DNA of 64,000 bases, from contig JAXLNO010003783.1 in the NCBI GenBank assembly GCA_038087875.1, positions 1-64,000 of the forward strand, in the 5' to 3' direction. Every line of letters begins with the position of its first letter. Positions within the stretch are counted from its first letter, which is position 1. Below, one piece after another: positions 59,391 through 64,000 of this stretch. A model generated the notes under the pieces. That model was not told the origin of the DNA. It worked only from the letters and a program-made list of their open reading frames with translations, and searched no databases. The position numbers were made by a program, and so were the translations under genes. This DNA is from Malacoraja senta (Eukaryota).

Positions 59391-61544
59391 TCTAGCACTG
59401 AGGGAGCAGCTCTGCCAGTTGTGCCATTGTGCCGGCCTGGTAGTATTTTGTTTTAACATGTGGTTGTAAAATTGCATCACAAACTCTGCAGAACGTCCCG
59501 TATAGCACTAGATTCCACTGGTGTTTCTTTGGTGGGATATTGACCCGTGGCTCTCTGACTGAGAATGGAGATATGCTGTGGCTGACACCGCATGAAAAAA
59601 ATGTTTTGCACACAACTCACAGTTACTTCTTGCCTGGGTGGATGGAGCCCGCAGCGGGGGCTTGGGTCAGTGCCACAAAGGTGTCCGGAGAGGACCCGGC
59701 AGCGTTAATGAAAAGGCCAGTGTGGCGGTCGATGATGGCGCCGACCAATGGACGAGAACGGACTCGTGGAATTGAGGACGCCGCTGCTGAGGGAAGGAGC
59801 AAAGGAGGACCCGGCGTGGGGGACGGAGATTTGTAACTTTGTAAACGCCCTTTATGAGCAAATATTTCCATACCTTGTGTGTGCAAGCAAAGAATGTCAC
59901 TGAGACTTGTCACATGTGACAATAAAGTATTCAATTCAATTCAATCAACAGCCACCTCTCATAATCTATTGATAACAGGCCTTTTGTTACAAGATGGCAT
60001 TCTCTGGAAAGGCGTAGGTTATTTAAAAATGTTTTAATCAATTTCTCTGATACAAGTGCACTGACCTCTTGTTCTGCTTTAGCTGTAAGTAGACACACTC
60101 TCTACAATACCTTTCTCACACGACCGAACTTTGAGGATCAGTTTGCACATGGTATGTTTGAGAGCTATTTCCATTTACTGGGAGACATCACAGCCTAGCC
60201 TGAACTAGACTGCATGCTACTCTATAGTTAATGGTGAGATCAAGGCTTTTTGTCTGTCAGTCTGATATTGATTACAGTTGAATTCAGGAAACCCAATACC
60301 AAACACAGCCTTTCACAAGGAAAAGCAAACAAATTGTGGCATTTACTTCAAGAAATACTCACACTCCCTATTGGACAATGTTAATGAATTCTGCTTTCAA
60401 ACAATGAGTTCAAACCATGCTAAACAAGTCCAAGGAATTCTTAATGTAAACAAAGGAACTGCAGATGCTGGTTTAAGCTGAAGATAGACACAAAATGTTG
60501 TAGTAACTCAGAGGCACAGGCAGCAGCTCTGGATAGAAGGAATGGGTGATGTTTTGGGTTGAGATCCTTTGGGGAAAAAATCATCCTGGCCTATGTGTAA
60601 ATCGCATGTCAATGAGAATGGAGATGTTGACTGAAATGTGAGTCAGTGGGATTTGGATGGAAATGTGAATGCACAGAATTTAAAAGTAGTCTATTGGATC
60701 TGAACACATCTTGGTCTGAAGTAGGGTCTCGACCCACAATGTCACCCATTCCTTCTCTCTAGAGATGCTGCCTGTGAGTTACTCCAGCATTTTGTGTCTG
60801 TCTCCCGTGTAAACTGGCATCTGCAGTTCCTTCCTACACATTTGGTATGTGAATCAGTATTGTGTGAATGGATAATTTTTTGAATGGGTATAAGCTTCAG
60901 AATGGTGTTGGTGGGGGCATTTTTGAATGGGGTATGTGATTCAGAATGGTGTGAATGGAGGAATTTTTGAACGGGGCATGTGATTCAAAATGGTGTGAAC
61001 AGATCAAGTTTATCAATGACAGATACATTTATGCAATTAATCTATATTTATCATATCTAATTTTATAACATAAATATGAACCAAATTGAATTAATTACGT
61101 TCCACCCTGTTACTTGATCTTTTAGATAGTTGAGAAGGTATTGAAAGAGTGCCTTGTTCACTCAAGAACCCAGGCAATAGTGGACAGTTTATCAGCAAAC
61201 ACTTGGCCCAGTGCCCGAGGTGCTCCAGTCACTAAGTGATGGAAATGTATTTGTCATTCCACAAATCTCACATTGTGTAAGAGGTTGGGGTTGGAGTCTC
61301 AGCCCAACAGATCAGTCAGAAGAGGTACAGGAACAGAGGCAGGGTGAATGTGTGATTTGTAGACTATCAGATACAGAATATTACAGGTCAGGAACTCACC
61401 CTTTGGCCCACAATGTATATGCCGAATGTAATGCCAAGATAAACTGACCTAGTCGAATGCAAACAGAAATTTTACATTCGATGAACACTTTCACATCATA
61501 CAACCCATCTCCAATGAAAATTATCTCCTTCCTTCCATGACTTT

Positions 61545-62790
61545 TAGTTATGGAGTCATAGAGTGATACAGTTTGGGAACAGGCCCTTCAGCCCAACTTG
61601 TCCACACTGGGCAACATGTCCCAGCTACACTAGTCCCACCTGCCTGCCTTTGGTCCATATCCCTCCAAACCTGTCATATCCATGTACATGTCTAATTGTT
61701 TCTTAAACGAGGGGATTGTCCCAGCCTCAATTACCTCCTCTGGGAGCTTGTTCCATACACCCACCACACTTTGTGTGAAAACGTTACCCTTCGGATTCCT
61801 ATTAAATCTTATCCCATTGACCTTGAAACTATGTCATCTGGTCCTCGATTCCCCTACTCTGGGCAAAAGACTCTGTGCATCTACCCGAACTATTCCTCTG
61901 ATGGTATTGTATACCTCTTACAAGATCACCCCTCATCCTCCTGCGCTCCAAGGAATAGAGACCCAGCCTACTCAACCTCTCCCTATAACTCACACCCTCT
62001 AGTCCTGGCAACATCCTTGTAAATCTTTTCTGACCAGTTTCAAGCTTGACAATATCTTTCCTATAACATGGTGCCCAGAACTGAACACAATATTCTAAAT
62101 GCGGTCTCACCAACATCTTATACAACTGCAACATGACCTCCCAACTTCTGTACTCATTATTCTGACTGATGAAGGCCAATGTGCCAAAAGCCTTTTTGAC
62201 CACCTTATCTACCTATGACTCGACCTTTAAGGAACCTTGCACTTGTACTCCTAGATCCCTCTCCTCTCAACACTCCCCAGAGACCGACCATTTACTGTGT
62301 TAGACGTCCCAAAAAGCAACACCTCACACTTCTCTGTATTAAATTCCATCAACCATTCCTCGGCCCACTGGCCAATCGATCCAGATCCTGCTGCAATCGT
62401 TCACAACCATTGTCTACCTGCAACCGTTCACAACCATCTTCACTATCTGCAAAACCACTCCCTTTTGTATCATCAGCAACCTTGCTAATCTTGCCCCGTA
62501 TTATATCATCCAAATCAATTATGTAGATGACAAACAGTAACGGGCCCAGCACCGAACCCTGAGTCACACCACTAGTCACACGCCTCCAATCAGTGAAGCA
62601 ACCTTCCACCATCACCCTCTGCTTCCTTCCATGGAGCCATTTGCTATCCATTCAGCTATCTCTCCTTGGATCTCATGTGATCAAATCTTCCAGAGCAGCC
62701 TACCATGCGGAGCCTTTTCGAATACCTTTCTGAAATCCATGTACACAACATCTACAGCTCTGTAGAGCTTCCACAGCTTGAGTTGTGCAA
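61545..62790 (-). mobile_element. CR1 LINE fragment
   Basis: VTSGVTQGSVLGPLLF and LVRPHLEYCVQFW RT peptides plus the tail. Confidence 0.88.
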
Positions 62791-64000
62791 AGTCATGGAG
62801 AACACATCTCCGGTCAGTCAGCTAATTTCCATTGTGTTCAGTGTGTTGGACTGAGGGAAAAAATGGGATTAAAGGATGAGATTCTTTCTCCAGTTGCTGT
62901 GATACATTGTAAATGGATCGATTGTAATGTGTACGAAGGAACTGCAGATACTGGTTTAAACAGAAGATAGTCATAAAAAAGCTGGAGTAACTCAGCGGGG
63001 CAGGCAGCATCTCTGGAGAGAAGAATTGAAGAAAGTCTCAACCTGAAACGTCACCCATTCCTTCTCTCCAGAGATGCTGCCTGTCCTGCTGAGTTACTCC
63101 AGCTTTATGTGTCTATCTTCAGATCGATTACAATCATGTATTGACTTTCTGCTGACTGGTTAGCACACAACAAAAGCTTTTCACTGTAAACAGCTTTCAC
63201 TATTTCACAATAAACTAAACTGAACTGAGACTATTAATACTTCATACCTGTGCATAAACCTGGGCAAATGAATTTTAAAATAATTCTTGTCTATAACCTG
63301 CTTATGTATTCAAGTGACAGTGGGTGCATTGATTCAATGGTTCAATGGTACTTTATTGTCACATATACCTGGGTTCAGTGAAATTACTTTTTGCCTACAG
63401 TTCTGTCAAACATTTACAATACACAAGGACAATCATACTTTAGTACAAGACTACAGGAAATATAGATTACATTGAGACAATACACAATTTGTATTGATTT
63501 CCACTAACATTTTGCATAAATCAAAACTCCAAAGTTATAAACAATGTAGAGATTTAACTTGACCTGATAACCTATTGCTTTGGTGGCAGCACCGGTTTGG
63601 AGCTGCAGGGTTTAGCCCACAATGTTTGGTATTAGTGTAAAGTTCATAATATCAGGATTATTCTTGCATGGAACAGACACTGGTCCACAACCCCAACTTG
63701 AATCTGATTTCATGAATTAATTGGCCATTGTACACTTGGCCAGACATTCCTTATCAAGATTACCATAAGGGACAACCTGCCCTGCCAATGTTACCTCAAA
63801 GTGACTATGAGTGTGGTGAACATGGATTGACTTGGAAAGTTTCCTGAAAGATCAGCACACATTGAAATGATAACGCAATCAACTGTTATTCGATGCACAG
63901 AGACTTTGCCCAGAGTAGGGGAATCGAGGACCAGAGGACATAGGTTCAAGGTGAAGGGGAAAAAGATTTAATAGGAATCCGAGGGTCAACATTTTCACAC

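Noticed and set aside
59392-59613. WNLVLYGT peptide resembling the proprotein convertase P-domain end
   Set aside because: Flanking residues do not match PCSK sequences, and no other convertase exons were found.
61126-61239. Exon-like segment IVEKVLKECLVHSRTQAIVDSL...*
   Set aside because: Good acceptor, but phase 0 does not fit the neighbouring candidates and no homology was recognised.

Overview
Repeat-rich vertebrate genomic DNA, almost certainly from a cartilaginous fish and most likely a skate or ray. This rests on many HE1-type tRNA SINEs, CR1/HER1 LINEs and Penelope-derived repeats. Two spliced genes can be rebuilt by hand; they point away from each other. (1) Minus strand, 234-16300: the 3' part of a SUN1/SUN2-like nuclear-envelope (LINC) gene. 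Seven exons have good splice sites, but the last carries a 1-nt frameshift; an eighth, upstream exon is damaged by a CR1 at its acceptor and a 32-bp inverted duplication. (2) Plus strand, 35025-50835: a complete five-exon MHC class I-like gene (leader, alpha1, alpha2, alpha3, TM/cytoplasmic) with a candidate X2-Y promoter module. It is clearly nonclassical: most peptide-anchoring residues are lost, the predicted groove is hydrophobic, and alpha2 has four extra Cys. It carries a TAG in the alpha3 GFYP motif that in-frame exon skipping could bypass. The rest is transposon-derived, including a CR1>hAT>L1 nest, a second hAT with cargo, a Helitron, MITEs and a Passport-like Tc1 carrying a teleost-style SINE. 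That Tc1 sits 13 nt (including its TA duplication) upstream of the class I TM exon. Most ORFs in the supplied track are TE fragments or noise. All alignments were done by eye, no searches were run, and repeat boundaries are approximate unless a TSD is given.
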